Below are positions 15,453 to 24,385 of a DNA stretch of 38,496 nucleotides, piece after piece. Position 1 is the first letter of the stretch. Each line of letters begins with the position of its first letter. Source of the stretch: a virus (taxonomy: Duplodnaviria; Caudoviricetes); the IMG/VR virus record IMGVR_UViG_3300033076_000083, positions 1 to 38,496 of that record; one strand, given 5' to 3'. The notes under the pieces were generated by a model that had not been told where the DNA came from, searched no databases, and saw only the letters and a list, made by a program, of their open reading frames with translations. The position numbers and the translations under genes were made by a program.

Positions 15453-16191
15453 TGAAAAGCGCATAACCCTCGCCGGTCGCACTCTGATGATTGCGATCCC
15501 GGCCTATGACGGCAAGCTCAACATTGACACGGCGTTTGCTTTGGCAAACCTTGCTGTCGAGGCTGGCAAGCTGGGGGTGAAGCTGCGTCTGACGCACTTT
15601 TCAAACTGCTCTTTGATTACATCGGCCCGCAACGGGCTGGTGTATGACTTCTTGAGTTCTGATGCCGATGCAATGCTGTTCATCGACGCGGATGTGGTCG
15701 TCAAGGCCGGTGACATCTTGCGCTTGTTTGCGTTGAGTATTGGCAAGGACATCACGGCGGGTATTTACCCCCGTCGCGGCATAGACCGCAAATTTTTCCT
15801 TGACTACTATCTGGACGAGCAAGGCGGCTTGAACTTCGATGAGAACGGCCTGTTGCGCATCAAGCGTATTGGCACCGGTTTCATGATGATTCAGCGTCAT
15901 GTGCTTGAGACCATGATTGCACGTCACCCAGAGTGGGCATACCACAACAACGTGAACAATCGCACCGAACATGCGGTGTTTGACTTGGCCGTGGTTGATG
16001 GGCACTACATGGGCGAAGACTACCTGTTCTGTGATCGTGCAGCCGCTGAAGGCTTCACGGTGTATCTCGACCCTTCGATCTGCTTGCCGCACATTGGCTC
16101 TGCCAAGTTTGAGCGCAGCTTTGAGGAGGATGTTCTCAAACCCCTGCTTAAAGACCACTGCAAGCCCGTTCTGAAAGTAGCAAATGGCTAA
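15445..16191 (+). CDS. GT-A fold glycosyltransferase-like protein
   Basis: IAIPAY, LITSARN, FIDAD (DxD motif), IGTGFMMI and GEDYLFC motifs. Confidence 0.75.
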   Translation: MADEKRITLAGRTLMIAIPAYDGKLNIDTAFALANLAVEAGKLGVKLRLTHFSNCSLITSARNGLVYDFLSSDADAMLFIDADVVVKAGDILRLFALSIGKDITAGIYPRRGIDRKFFLDYYLDEQGGLNFDENGLLRIKRIGTGFMMIQRHVLETMIARHPEWAYHNNVNNRTEHAVFDLAVVDGHYMGEDYLFCDRAAAEGFTVYLDPSICLPHIGSAKFERSFEEDVLKPLLKDHCKPVLKVANG

Positions 16192-16429
16192 GACACCAGC
16201 ATGGCAGCGCAAAGAAGGCAAGAATCCGAACGGCGGCTTGAACGCGAAAGGGCGCGCCTCCGCGAAGAAGCAAGGAATGAATTTAAAGCCACCCCAGCCA
16301 GAAGGCGGCAAACGCCGCGATTCCTTCTGTGCGAGGATGGAAGGGATGAAGAAGAAGTTGACCGGCGAGAAAGCGAAGAAAGACCCAAACTCCCGGATTA
16401 ACAAATCGTTGCGAGCATGGAACTGCTGA
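16184..16429 (+). CDS. Small basic protein (DUF6321-like)
   Basis: PAWQRKEGKNPNGGLNAKGRAS...RRDSFCARM...SLRAWNC. Family name is from recall. Confidence 0.7.
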   Translation: MAKTPAWQRKEGKNPNGGLNAKGRASAKKQGMNLKPPQPEGGKRRDSFCARMEGMKKKLTGEKAKKDPNSRINKSLRAWNC

Positions 16430-16430
16430 C

Positions 16431-16676
16431 ATGGAAATGATGCTGTGGAACGTCTTGCTGACTACATTCGTCGGATTGCTGAGTTGGAATCTGCGGGAAA
16501 AGTCAGCGGAGCTGAATCGAGTCACGATCCTGTTAAACAGGACGCGGGAAGAGATTGCTCGGGACAATGTGACCCAGCAGGAAGTGGACAAGATCGTGAC
16601 CCATCTGGACGGTCAGTTCATCCGCTTGAACGACAAGCTTGATGCGTTTATCAAGGAGTCACGCAGTGCCCTCTAA
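16431..16676 (+). CDS. Small membrane protein with coiled coil
   Basis: N-terminal TM segment (WNVLLTTFVGLLSW), then LLNRTREEIARD. Confidence 0.75.
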   Translation: MEMMLWNVLLTTFVGLLSWNLREKSAELNRVTILLNRTREEIARDNVTQQEVDKIVTHLDGQFIRLNDKLDAFIKESRSAL

Positions 16677-16992
16677 ATCGCAGAAGCAACACAATCTGAT
16701 GGCGATGGTCGCGCATGACCCCGCCGCAGCAAAGCGCCTTGGCATACCGCAGTCGGTGGGCAAGGAATTCACCAAGGCCGACAAGGGCCGTAAGTTCAAA
16801 GAAGGAGGCCAAATCATGGCTAAACAAGGTTCTGGCAACGGTATCACCAAGGCCAAAATGGGTTCTGTTCGCACTGCTGCTCCCAGCCGTGACGGTGTTG
16901 CATCCAAGGGTAAAACCAAGGGCACACAAATCGTCATGAAGGGCGGCAAGCCGCTCGGCATGTGCGGTGGCGGCATGGCCAAGAAGAAGTAA
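16666..16992 (+). CDS. Small basic Lys/Gly-rich protein (internal start at 16816)
   Basis: GTG start after AAGGAG, MPSKSQKQHNLMA...; a second GGAGG RBS and in-frame ATG at 16816. Confidence 0.7.
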   Translation: MPSKSQKQHNLMAMVAHDPAAAKRLGIPQSVGKEFTKADKGRKFKEGGQIMAKQGSGNGITKAKMGSVRTAAPSRDGVASKGKTKGTQIVMKGGKPLGMCGGGMAKKK

Positions 16993-16995
16993 TTC

Positions 16996-17283
16996 ATGAT
17001 GGCCAGTCGTGGTATGGGGGCCATCGCCCCCAGCAAAATGCCCAAGGGCGTGAAAAAAGCACGCCGCGACGACACAGACTTTACTGAGTACGCCAAGGGC
17101 GGAAAGGTCAAGTCCAAAGTCAACGAGGCTGGTGTTTACACCAAGCCCGGCATGCGCAAATCGCTGTTTGAGTCCATCAAATCGCAGGCTGTGCAAGGCA
17201 CCAAAGCTGGCCAGTGGTCGGCGCGTAAGGCGCAGTTGTTGGCCAAGAAGTACAAGGAAAAAGGCGGCGGGTACAAGTCGTGA
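16996..17283 (+). CDS. Small basic protein (DUF5872-like N-part)
   Basis: YTKPGMRKSLFESIK...GQWSARKAQLLAKKYKEKGGGY. Family name is from recall. Confidence 0.7.
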   Translation: MMASRGMGAIAPSKMPKGVKKARRDDTDFTEYAKGGKVKSKVNEAGVYTKPGMRKSLFESIKSQAVQGTKAGQWSARKAQLLAKKYKEKGGGYKS

Positions 17284-17513
17284 AAAATCCTCAGCAGTCG
17301 CTCAAAGACTGGACGGCACAGAAGTGGCGCACCAAGTCTGGTAAACCGTCAAGCAAGACGGGGGAGCGGTATCTGCCCGAGGCAGCGATCAAAGCCCTGA
17401 GTCCTTCTGAGTATGCGGCCACAACCAAGGCCAAGCGTGCTGGCAAAAAAGCTGGCAAGCAGTTTGTCAAACAACCGCCCAAGGTGGCGGCAAAAACAGC
17501 GAGGTATCGGTGA
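17280..17513 (+). CDS. Small basic protein (DUF5872-like C-part)
   Basis: QSLKDWTAQKWRTKSG...ERYLPEAA...AATTKAKR, GTGA overlap. Confidence 0.7.
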   Translation: MKNPQQSLKDWTAQKWRTKSGKPSSKTGERYLPEAAIKALSPSEYAATTKAKRAGKKAGKQFVKQPPKVAAKTARYR

Positions 17514-17689
17514 TGGCTGAGAAATGGATTCAAAAGGCGATCAAAAAGCCCGGAGCACTGCGCGAACAGCTTGGTGCCAAGAAGGGCCAGCCGATCCCCG
17601 CAAAGAAGCTTGCAGCCGCTGCAAAAAAGCCCGGTAAGCTGGGCCAACGTGCACGTCTGGCCGAAACCCTCAAGGGATTGAAGAAGTAA
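17513..17689 (+). CDS. Small Lys-rich protein
   Basis: Below the track cut-off. 58 aa MAEKWIQKAIKKPGALREQLG...ARLAETLKGLKK, TGATG overlap, fills the gap exactly. Confidence 0.8.
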   Translation: MAEKWIQKAIKKPGALREQLGAKKGQPIPAKKLAAAAKKPGKLGQRARLAETLKGLKK

Positions 17690-18637
17690 ATGGCAACACA
17701 ACTCACCTCCGGCACGTCCGGCTTTAACCTCGATCTCTCCGAGATTGTCGAAGAGGCGTTTGAGCGCGTCGGTAGTGAGTTGCGTACCGGCTACGACCTG
17801 CGCACAGCACGTCGATCGCTAAACTTACTGTTTGCTGACTGGGCCAACCGTGGTGTGAACATGTGGACGTTCGAGCAGGGCACGATCACCCTTGAGCAAG
17901 GCTTGAACACCTACGTTATTCCAGCGGATACGGTTGATTTGCTCGATCATGTGATCCGTACACAGGCCAACCAGCAGTCCAACCAAGCCGATTTGACAAT
18001 CACCCGCATTTCGGTTTCTACGTACGCCACGCTGCCCAACAAGTTGCAGCAGGCTCGCCCCATTCAGGTCTGGTATCAACGCTTGGATGGCCAGATTTCG
18101 CCCACTGCGGCCACGTTTGTGTCCGAGGACACGGCAGCGCAGACAATCACTTTGTCTACCGTGGTGGGGTTGCCTGCCATTGGTTACGTGGACATCGTGA
18201 CCTCTGGTGGCACAGAGACGGTTTTCTACAACTACATCGAGGGCAACACCCTCAGCAACGTGTTCCGTGCTCAAAACGGCACGACACAGCAAGCCCCGGC
18301 TGCGGGAGACAAGATTCGCATCAACAATACGCCCCGTGTCACGGTTTGGCCGACACCTGACGGGTCTCAGACATATCAGTTCGTGTACTGGCGCATGCGC
18401 CGTGTGCAGGACATTGGTGGCGGTGTAAATGTTGCTGACGTACCTTTCCGTTTCGTGCCTTGCCTTGTTGCTGGTCTGGCTTATTACCTCGCGTTGAAAG
18501 TCCCCGGTGGGCTGGACCGCTTGGCGGTCTTGAAGCAGCAGTATGACGAGGCTTGGGTGAGCGCAGCCGACGAGGATCAAGAACGTGCAGCGTTGCGCCT
18601 TGTGCCGCGTCAGATGTTCATTGGGGGCGGTGTCTAA
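17690..18637 (+). CDS. Putative head-tail connector / tail tubular protein
   Basis: 315 aa, ARRSLNLLFADWANRG, WPTPD and P.RF..CLVAGLAYYLA motifs, located after the head module. Confidence 0.6.
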   Translation: MATQLTSGTSGFNLDLSEIVEEAFERVGSELRTGYDLRTARRSLNLLFADWANRGVNMWTFEQGTITLEQGLNTYVIPADTVDLLDHVIRTQANQQSNQADLTITRISVSTYATLPNKLQQARPIQVWYQRLDGQISPTAATFVSEDTAAQTITLSTVVGLPAIGYVDIVTSGGTETVFYNYIEGNTLSNVFRAQNGTTQQAPAAGDKIRINNTPRVTVWPTPDGSQTYQFVYWRMRRVQDIGGGVNVADVPFRFVPCLVAGLAYYLALKVPGGLDRLAVLKQQYDEAWVSAADEDQERAALRLVPRQMFIGGGV

Positions 18638-19065
18638 TGGGCAACCGGTTTGCGTCAGGCAAGTATTCAATCGCGCAGTGCGATCGCTGCGACGGTCGGT
18701 ATTTGCTGCACGAACTCAGGATTGAGATCGTCAAGACCAAGCCGTACCAGCTCAAGGTTTGCAACGAGTGTTGGGACCCTGACCATCCACAACTCCAACT
18801 GGGTATGTACCCGGTTGATGACCCACAAGGTGTGATGGACCCTCGTCCTGATCGCAGCTATTGGTCGTCTGGCACGACAGGTTTGCAGATTCAGCAGGGC
18901 AACAGCACAAGCGTCCTTGAACAAGGCTTTCAAGGTGAAGGCAGTCGAGACATTCAGTGGGGGTGGAACCCTGTGGGTGGTGCAAGGAGCATCGACAATG
19001 GAGTCACGCCAAATTATTTGGCAATGGCCGCACTTGTTGGTACAGTTACAGTAGCAATTTCATAA
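18637..19065 (+). CDS. Zn-ribbon-containing hypothetical protein
   Basis: Start ATG 18637 (TAATG overlap). CDRC...VCNECWDPDHPQL...PRPD. Confidence 0.75.
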   Translation: MGNRFASGKYSIAQCDRCDGRYLLHELRIEIVKTKPYQLKVCNECWDPDHPQLQLGMYPVDDPQGVMDPRPDRSYWSSGTTGLQIQQGNSTSVLEQGFQGEGSRDIQWGWNPVGGARSIDNGVTPNYLAMAALVGTVTVAIS

Positions 19066-19075
19066 GGAGCCTGAC

Positions 19076-19306
19076 ATGGCCAAGAAAGAAATGCACTCTG
19101 AAAAGGGTGAGATGAAATCGGACCTCGCGCAAGACAAGAAGATGGTCAAGAAGGCCATTGGCATGCACGATAAGCAAATGCACGGCGGCAAGAAAACCAA
19201 TCTGACAAAGTTGCGTGCTGGTGGCAAGACCAACAGCGACATGCTCAAGTATGGCCGCAACATGGCCAAGATCATGAACCAGCGTTCGTCTGGTCGCGGA
19301 GGCTAA
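19076..19306 (+). CDS. Small basic Met/Lys-rich protein
   Basis: 76 aa, AAGGAG RBS. Confidence 0.75.
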   Translation: MAKKEMHSEKGEMKSDLAQDKKMVKKAIGMHDKQMHGGKKTNLTKLRAGGKTNSDMLKYGRNMAKIMNQRSSGRGG

Positions 19307-19308
19307 TC

Positions 19309-19554
19309 ATGGCCAAGATCAACAACAAACCCGCTTCTGCATACGCAAAGCCTCACACCATGTCTGGCAAAACAGTCAGTGTCAAAAGTGTTGAGGCTGG
19401 CGTTGAAGATACCAAGAAGTATCTGAAAGAGACGCCCGTGTCTGTGGCCAACACCCGTAGTCAAGGCTACAAAGGCACCAAGACTGACGGCATCAAGATT
19501 CGTGGCACCGGTGCTGCGACCAAAGGCGTGATGGCGCGAGGCCCGATGGCATGA
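19309..19554 (+). CDS. Small basic protein
   Basis: 81 aa ending GIKIRGTGAATKG, GGAGG RBS. Confidence 0.75.
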   Translation: MAKINNKPASAYAKPHTMSGKTVSVKSVEAGVEDTKKYLKETPVSVANTRSQGYKGTKTDGIKIRGTGAATKGVMARGPMA

Positions 19555-20495
19555 ATTACGAACAGCTTGTTACCGCTGTAACAAACTACACCGAGAACAC
19601 GGTTCCGTCGAGTGTGATGAACACGTTCATCCAGCAGGCGGAGCAACGTATCTACAACACGGTGCAGTTTCCCTCGTTGCGCAAAAACGTGACGGGTTCA
19701 ACTACGGCGGACAACAAGTATGTCTCGGCACCGGAGGACTTCCTCTCGGTGTATTCATTGGCCGTTGTGGATGCGGGAAGCTATGAGTACTTGCTCAACA
19801 AGGATGTGAACTTCATCCGTCAGGCGTACCCTACACCCACAGACACAGGCCTGCCGCGCTACTACGCCCTCTTTGGTCCGACCACAACCTCGGGCACACC
19901 GCCCACACCAACCAACGAGTTGTCATTCATCCTTGGCCCCACGCCAGATGCGACGTACACCGTTGAGTTGCACTATTACTACTACCCCACCTCGATCATT
20001 CAAGGCCAACTCAGTGGGCTGGGCACGATCACGGGCGGTACGGGCTACACCAATGGCACGTACTACAACGTCGCGCTCACTGGCGGTAGCGGTAACGGGG
20101 CAACAGCCACGATTGTTGTGGCGGGCGGTTCAGTGTTCTCGGTGTCTATCAACACCAGTGGTTGTCACTACGCGGTGGGCGACACCCTGTCTGCCGCAGC
20201 CGCTGACATTGGCGGTGTTGGCTCTGGCTTCTCTGTACCAGTTACCACGGTGTTGAACGTGGACGGTACATCTTGGCTTGGCGACAACTTGGATGCGGTG
20301 CTGCTGTACGGCACGTTGGTTGAGGCATACACCTACATGAAGGGTGAAGCTGACATGATGAAGCTGTACAACGACAAGTACATGGAAGCACTCTCGTTGG
20401 CCAAACGTCTGGGCGATGGTCTGGAGCGCAGCGACGCATACCGCAGCGGGCAGTTCCGTGCTCCCCCACTTCCGCAAAATAGCGGGGTCAAATAA
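19551..20495 (+). CDS. Putative head-to-tail adaptor with inserted beta domain
   Basis: FIQQAEQRI, GLPRYYA, GPTPD..Y.VELHY and WL.....VLLYGTLVEA adaptor motifs, plus a ~90 aa Gly/Thr-rich insertion. Confidence 0.65.
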   Translation: MNYEQLVTAVTNYTENTVPSSVMNTFIQQAEQRIYNTVQFPSLRKNVTGSTTADNKYVSAPEDFLSVYSLAVVDAGSYEYLLNKDVNFIRQAYPTPTDTGLPRYYALFGPTTTSGTPPTPTNELSFILGPTPDATYTVELHYYYYPTSIIQGQLSGLGTITGGTGYTNGTYYNVALTGGSGNGATATIVVAGGSVFSVSINTSGCHYAVGDTLSAAAADIGGVGSGFSVPVTTVLNVDGTSWLGDNLDAVLLYGTLVEAYTYMKGEADMMKLYNDKYMEALSLAKRLGDGLERSDAYRSGQFRAPPLPQNSGVK

Positions 20496-20932
20496 TGGCG
20501 ATCGCGCAAACCACCACGACGAGTTTTCGAGTGGAGCTGCTTCAAGCAGTCCACAACTTCAACTCGGACACGTTCTACATTGCGTTGTACACCGGTGCGG
20601 CAGACATCGGCCCAAACACTACGGCGTACACAGCGATCGGCGAAGCAAGCGGAACCGGCTACACAGCAGGTGGCCAAGCGTTGACAGTGTCCACAACACC
20701 GACTTACGCCAACGACATATACAACGTTCCAACAGCGTATGTTTCGTTTGCAAATATCTCGTGGACCAACGCAAGTTTCACGGCACGCGGTGCGCTTATT
20801 TACAATTCGACACAAGGCAACAAGTCAGTTGCGGTGCTTGATTTTGGCGGCGACAAAACAGTCACGGACGGCACGTTCACAGTTCAATTTCCAACCGCCG
20901 ATGCCAACAGTGCAATCGTGCGAATTTCGTAA
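20495..20932 (+). CDS. Putative tail structural protein
   Basis: 145 aa, TSF..ELL...HNF...FYIALY...GYTAGG...ARGALIYN...AVLDFG. Confidence 0.65.
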   Translation: MAIAQTTTTSFRVELLQAVHNFNSDTFYIALYTGAADIGPNTTAYTAIGEASGTGYTAGGQALTVSTTPTYANDIYNVPTAYVSFANISWTNASFTARGALIYNSTQGNKSVAVLDFGGDKTVTDGTFTVQFPTADANSAIVRIS

Positions 20933-20941
20933 GAGGTACAC

Positions 20942-21139
20942 ATGGCACTTGTTTTGACCACAAAAGGTGAGATGGACGAATCGTTGCTTGAGAAGCGCGA
21001 AGGGGCTATCGACAACGAAAATGAGTACACCACTTGGGTTGAGTATTGGTTGGACGGCGAGCTGGTCCATCGCTCGGCGCATGTGACTTTGAAAAAGATG
21101 CCCAACTTTGCGGGCGCTGAAGCAGCTTCTTTTGGTTGA
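20942..21139 (+). CDS. Small hypothetical protein
   Basis: 65 aa, TTKGEMDESLLEKREG...WVEYWLDGELVHRSAHV, GAGG RBS. Confidence 0.75.
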   Translation: MALVLTTKGEMDESLLEKREGAIDNENEYTTWVEYWLDGELVHRSAHVTLKKMPNFAGAEAASFG

Positions 21140-21150
21140 AGGGATAAATC

Positions 21151-21636
21151 ATGGCAAACACCCAAAGCATGTGCACATCGTTCCTTGGGGAACTGATGAC
21201 TGCTACGCACAACTTCGGCACCGCACCTGTTCGGGCCGCATCTACGGCGGATACGTTTAAAGCCGCGCTGTACTTTGCTTCGGCAACAGTTAACGCTTCG
21301 ACGACAGCGTACTCGTCCACAGGCGAGGTCACAAACACTTCCGGCTCTGGCTACACCGCTGGGGGCACGACTGTGACGAACGCAACTCCTCCGGCTTCGA
21401 CCAATACTTCGGCTACGGCGGGTGTGGCGTACTGGACTCCTTCGGCCAGCTTTTCTTGGTCTGCGTTGACTGTGACGACTGCCTTTGACGCTGTGTTGAT
21501 CTACAACTCCAGCCAGAGCAACAAGGCTGTGTCTGTTCACACGTTTGGTTCACAAACTATCACGTCTGGCACGTTCACGCTGACCATGCCGACCAACAAC
21601 ACCTCAGCCGCCCTGTTGCGTCTGTCCACAACCTAA
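21151..21636 (+). CDS. Putative tail structural protein, paralogue of 20495-20932
   Basis: Shares TSF..EL...HNF, F..ALY, GYTAGG, LIYNS.Q.NK.V.V..FG and GTFT motifs. Confidence 0.7.
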   Translation: MANTQSMCTSFLGELMTATHNFGTAPVRAASTADTFKAALYFASATVNASTTAYSSTGEVTNTSGSGYTAGGTTVTNATPPASTNTSATAGVAYWTPSASFSWSALTVTTAFDAVLIYNSSQSNKAVSVHTFGSQTITSGTFTLTMPTNNTSAALLRLSTT

Positions 21637-21663
21637 GCGGAGCGCGGTAGCACCGCGTAGTCT

Positions 21664-22380
21664 ATGTTTGGCTTTTCCGCGTTTTCTGAAGCACCGTTCA
21701 GTTCCCTTGCGGGAATGCAGGTTACGGTCGCCCTCACGGGCGTATCGGCTTCTGGAAACGTTGGAACTGTCTCGTTTACGAAGTCGTTTGATCTCACAGG
21801 AGATGCAGCTTCTGGTTTGACGGGCACGCTTACTGCGGCTTCGTCCGTTGCGCTTACAGGTGCTTTAGCGTCTGGCAATGTCGGCAACCTCACTCCGGTT
21901 CTCACTTGTGCTTTGACGGGTGTACTGGGTGAAGGTTTAGCAGGAACGGTCAGTGCCTCGGTTGCCAGCAGTATTTCTGGCGTTCTGGCTTCCGGTGCTC
22001 TTGGCACACTGACTCCGGTTTCTTCTGAGGGAGAGACTGGCGATGAGGCTAGTGGGTATGTTGGAAATGTGGGGGTCACAGTCACGGTTGCGTTGACGGG
22101 GGCTAGTGCCACAGGTGAAGTCGGTTTTGTTGGTCCTCAGCTTGTAGGCGTTGATGCGTACGGCGCTGTAGGCTCCGTTGGCACATCGCTAACGATCGCT
22201 TTGTCTGGCGTGGCAGCTGTGGGTGCAGCCGGGGATGTTTTGTCGGTGTACTGGAAACTGATTGATGACAGTCAAACAGCCAACTGGCAAAATATCGGCA
22301 ATGCGCAGACAACAGATTGGGCAGTGATCGACGACAGTCAAACAAACACCAACTGGGAACTTGTTGACACTGCTGTTTAA
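21664..22380 (+). CDS. Repetitive Gly/Val/Ala/Thr-rich tail-associated protein
   Basis: MFGFSAFSEAPFSSL N-terminus, ~20-aa repeats VALTGVxAxGxVG, and C-terminal W..I...Q repeats. Confidence 0.7.
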   Translation: MFGFSAFSEAPFSSLAGMQVTVALTGVSASGNVGTVSFTKSFDLTGDAASGLTGTLTAASSVALTGALASGNVGNLTPVLTCALTGVLGEGLAGTVSASVASSISGVLASGALGTLTPVSSEGETGDEASGYVGNVGVTVTVALTGASATGEVGFVGPQLVGVDAYGAVGSVGTSLTIALSGVAAVGAAGDVLSVYWKLIDDSQTANWQNIGNAQTTDWAVIDDSQTNTNWELVDTAV

Positions 22381-22389
22381 GGAATAGAT

Positions 22390-22848
22390 ATGGCTTTTGT
22401 ACTTGCAGATCGAGTCAAAGAAACGACCACAACGACGGGTACGGGAACCATTACGCTTGCAGGAGCCACCACGGGTTACCAGTCCTTTTCTGCGATTGGC
22501 AACGGAAACACCACGTACTACACGATTGCAGGGCAAGGATCGTCAGAGTGGGAAGTCGGGATTGGTACGTACACATCATCCGGGACAACCCTGAGTCGTG
22601 ACACGGTGCTTGCTTCCAGCAACTCTGGCTCGCTTGTCAACTTCTCGGCGGGCACCAAGGACGTGTTCTGCGATTACCCCGCAAAGCGTGCCATCGTTGG
22701 TGGTGAGGGGTACATTGAGAACGCTGCGACGGTGAGCACCAGCTCAACGATCAACACAGGCAACAACGCCATCAGTGGTGGACCGGTAACGATTGCGTCA
22801 GGGGCTTCGGTCACGGTGCCCTCGGGTTCTAACTGGACTATTGTGTAA
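22390..22848 (+). CDS. Putative tail fibre proximal/adapter protein
   Basis: LADRVKETTTTTGTGT...EWEVGIGTY...FSAGTKDVF...YPA, with C-terminal GPVTI..G..VTV.SGSNWT. Confidence 0.65.
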   Translation: MAFVLADRVKETTTTTGTGTITLAGATTGYQSFSAIGNGNTTYYTIAGQGSSEWEVGIGTYTSSGTTLSRDTVLASSNSGSLVNFSAGTKDVFCDYPAKRAIVGGEGYIENAATVSTSSTINTGNNAISGGPVTIASGASVTVPSGSNWTIV

Positions 22849-22880
22849 CGTACTTATAGAATCCCTGCATAGGAGCAAAC

Positions 22881-23471
22881 ATGGCCTCTTCTTACACCAC
22901 ACTACTTGGTTTTGTCCAGCCAACAACAGGCGATCTGACAAACCAATGGGGCACCGTTGTCAACGGTCAGTTGACACAGCTCGTCGAAGATTCGATTGCC
23001 CAGTACGCCACGGCAGATGTGACCTCGGGCAACTGGACGTTGACCACCACCGCAGGCGGTGCGCAGAACCAAGCGCGTAACGCGATCTTGATCGCAACCG
23101 GGACACCGGGCACAACGCGTTACATCTACGCGCCCAAACTCTCCAAGACGTACGTCCTCATCAACAACACCGACAGCCTCGTGTACATTCAAGGCGGTCC
23201 AACATCCCCCACAACAGGCGTGTTTGTTGGTTCTGGCCAAGCCGCATTGGTCGCTTGGGATAGCGACGTAGGAGACTTTGTCAAAGTTGCTGGCGGCTCT
23301 GGCGGCGCGACTGGCGGCGGCACCGATCAAATATTTTTCAACAACGGCCAGACGGTGACGACAGACTACACTGTTCCGTCTGCAACAAACTCTGGTACGT
23401 TCGGTCCGGTGACGATCAACGACGGTGTGTCCGTTACTGTGTCTTCCGGTTCTAACTGGACCGTGATTTAA
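22881..23471 (+). CDS. Putative tail fibre/adapter protein
   Basis: MASSYT..LG...G....WG...N N-terminus and the same C-terminal GPVTI...SGSNWT module as 22390-22848. Confidence 0.65.
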   Translation: MASSYTTLLGFVQPTTGDLTNQWGTVVNGQLTQLVEDSIAQYATADVTSGNWTLTTTAGGAQNQARNAILIATGTPGTTRYIYAPKLSKTYVLINNTDSLVYIQGGPTSPTTGVFVGSGQAALVAWDSDVGDFVKVAGGSGGATGGGTDQIFFNNGQTVTTDYTVPSATNSGTFGPVTINDGVSVTVSSGSNWTVI

Positions 23472-23480
23472 GGAGAAAGC

Positions 23481-24092
23481 ATGTCTCAAGTACGAGTTTC
23501 AGGCAACGCAAGCGGAACAGGCATCCTGACCGTTACGTCGCCCAACACAAACAGCAACTACACACTGACACTGCCTGCGGTTACGGGCACGATTTTGACA
23601 AACAATACACTTCCTGCTGGAACTGTGTTGCAGGTTGTCACCGCTACTAAAACAGACACCACGTCTTTTGCGGGGACAAACACTTGGTTCAATATATCAG
23701 GCGTTTCTGCAAGCATTACACCTTCAAGCTCATCCAGCAGAATTCTTGTTTTGTGTGTCACGATGTACAGCGCAACCAGCGGTTATAACGCCGTTAATTT
23801 TGCTGTTGCAAGAAACGGGACTAGAACACCCATTGGTGATACCGCTGGCTCTGCAAGAGTTTCCGCCTTTTGGGGTTCTGACGACGTTTATGGCGCTGGT
23901 GCAAATGCAGACCAAACAATCATCATGTATGTAGATTCCCCTGCAACAACATCATCTGTAACGTATCAACTACAAGGCAACAACGCTCGGGATTCGGAAA
24001 CTATTTACATCAACCGTGAAGCGAATGATGCTGACAACGCGCAGACAACTCGTGGCGTTTCAACAATTACATTGATGGAGATTGCGGGATGA
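23481..24092 (+). CDS. Tail fibre distal / receptor-binding module 1
   Basis: 203 aa, VLQVV...SITPSSSSSRILV...DSPATTSSVTY...STITLMEIA. Confidence 0.65.
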   Translation: MSQVRVSGNASGTGILTVTSPNTNSNYTLTLPAVTGTILTNNTLPAGTVLQVVTATKTDTTSFAGTNTWFNISGVSASITPSSSSSRILVLCVTMYSATSGYNAVNFAVARNGTRTPIGDTAGSARVSAFWGSDDVYGAGANADQTIIMYVDSPATTSSVTYQLQGNNARDSETIYINREANDADNAQTTRGVSTITLMEIAG

Positions 24093-24382
24093 TTGCCAAA
24101 GCACTTAACAGACTTCGCCCCAACGGTAAATGGATGATGAATGGGGATGACTTTTCTACCATTGAGTGGCATCCAGACAATCAAGATGCTTGCCCTTCGT
24201 TTGCTGAAGTCCAAGCAGAAATTGCACGTCTTCAGGCTGAATACGCCGCTCAAGAGTACCAGCGTCAACGCGCAGCCGAGTACCCTTCAATTCAAGCCCA
24301 ACTGGACACGCTGTACCACGGCGGCTATGACGCTTGGCGTGCGACTATCCAAGCGGTAAAAGACAAATATCCGAAAGGCTAA
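24089..24382 (+). CDS. Putative tail fibre assembly chaperone 1
   Basis: 97 aa, AL..LRP...YQRQRAAEYPSIQAQLD.L....I.AVKDKYPK, coupled to the fibre gene by ATGA overlap. Confidence 0.6.
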   Translation: MIAKALNRLRPNGKWMMNGDDFSTIEWHPDNQDACPSFAEVQAEIARLQAEYAAQEYQRQRAAEYPSIQAQLDTLYHGGYDAWRATIQAVKDKYPKG

Positions 24383-24385
24383 ACC

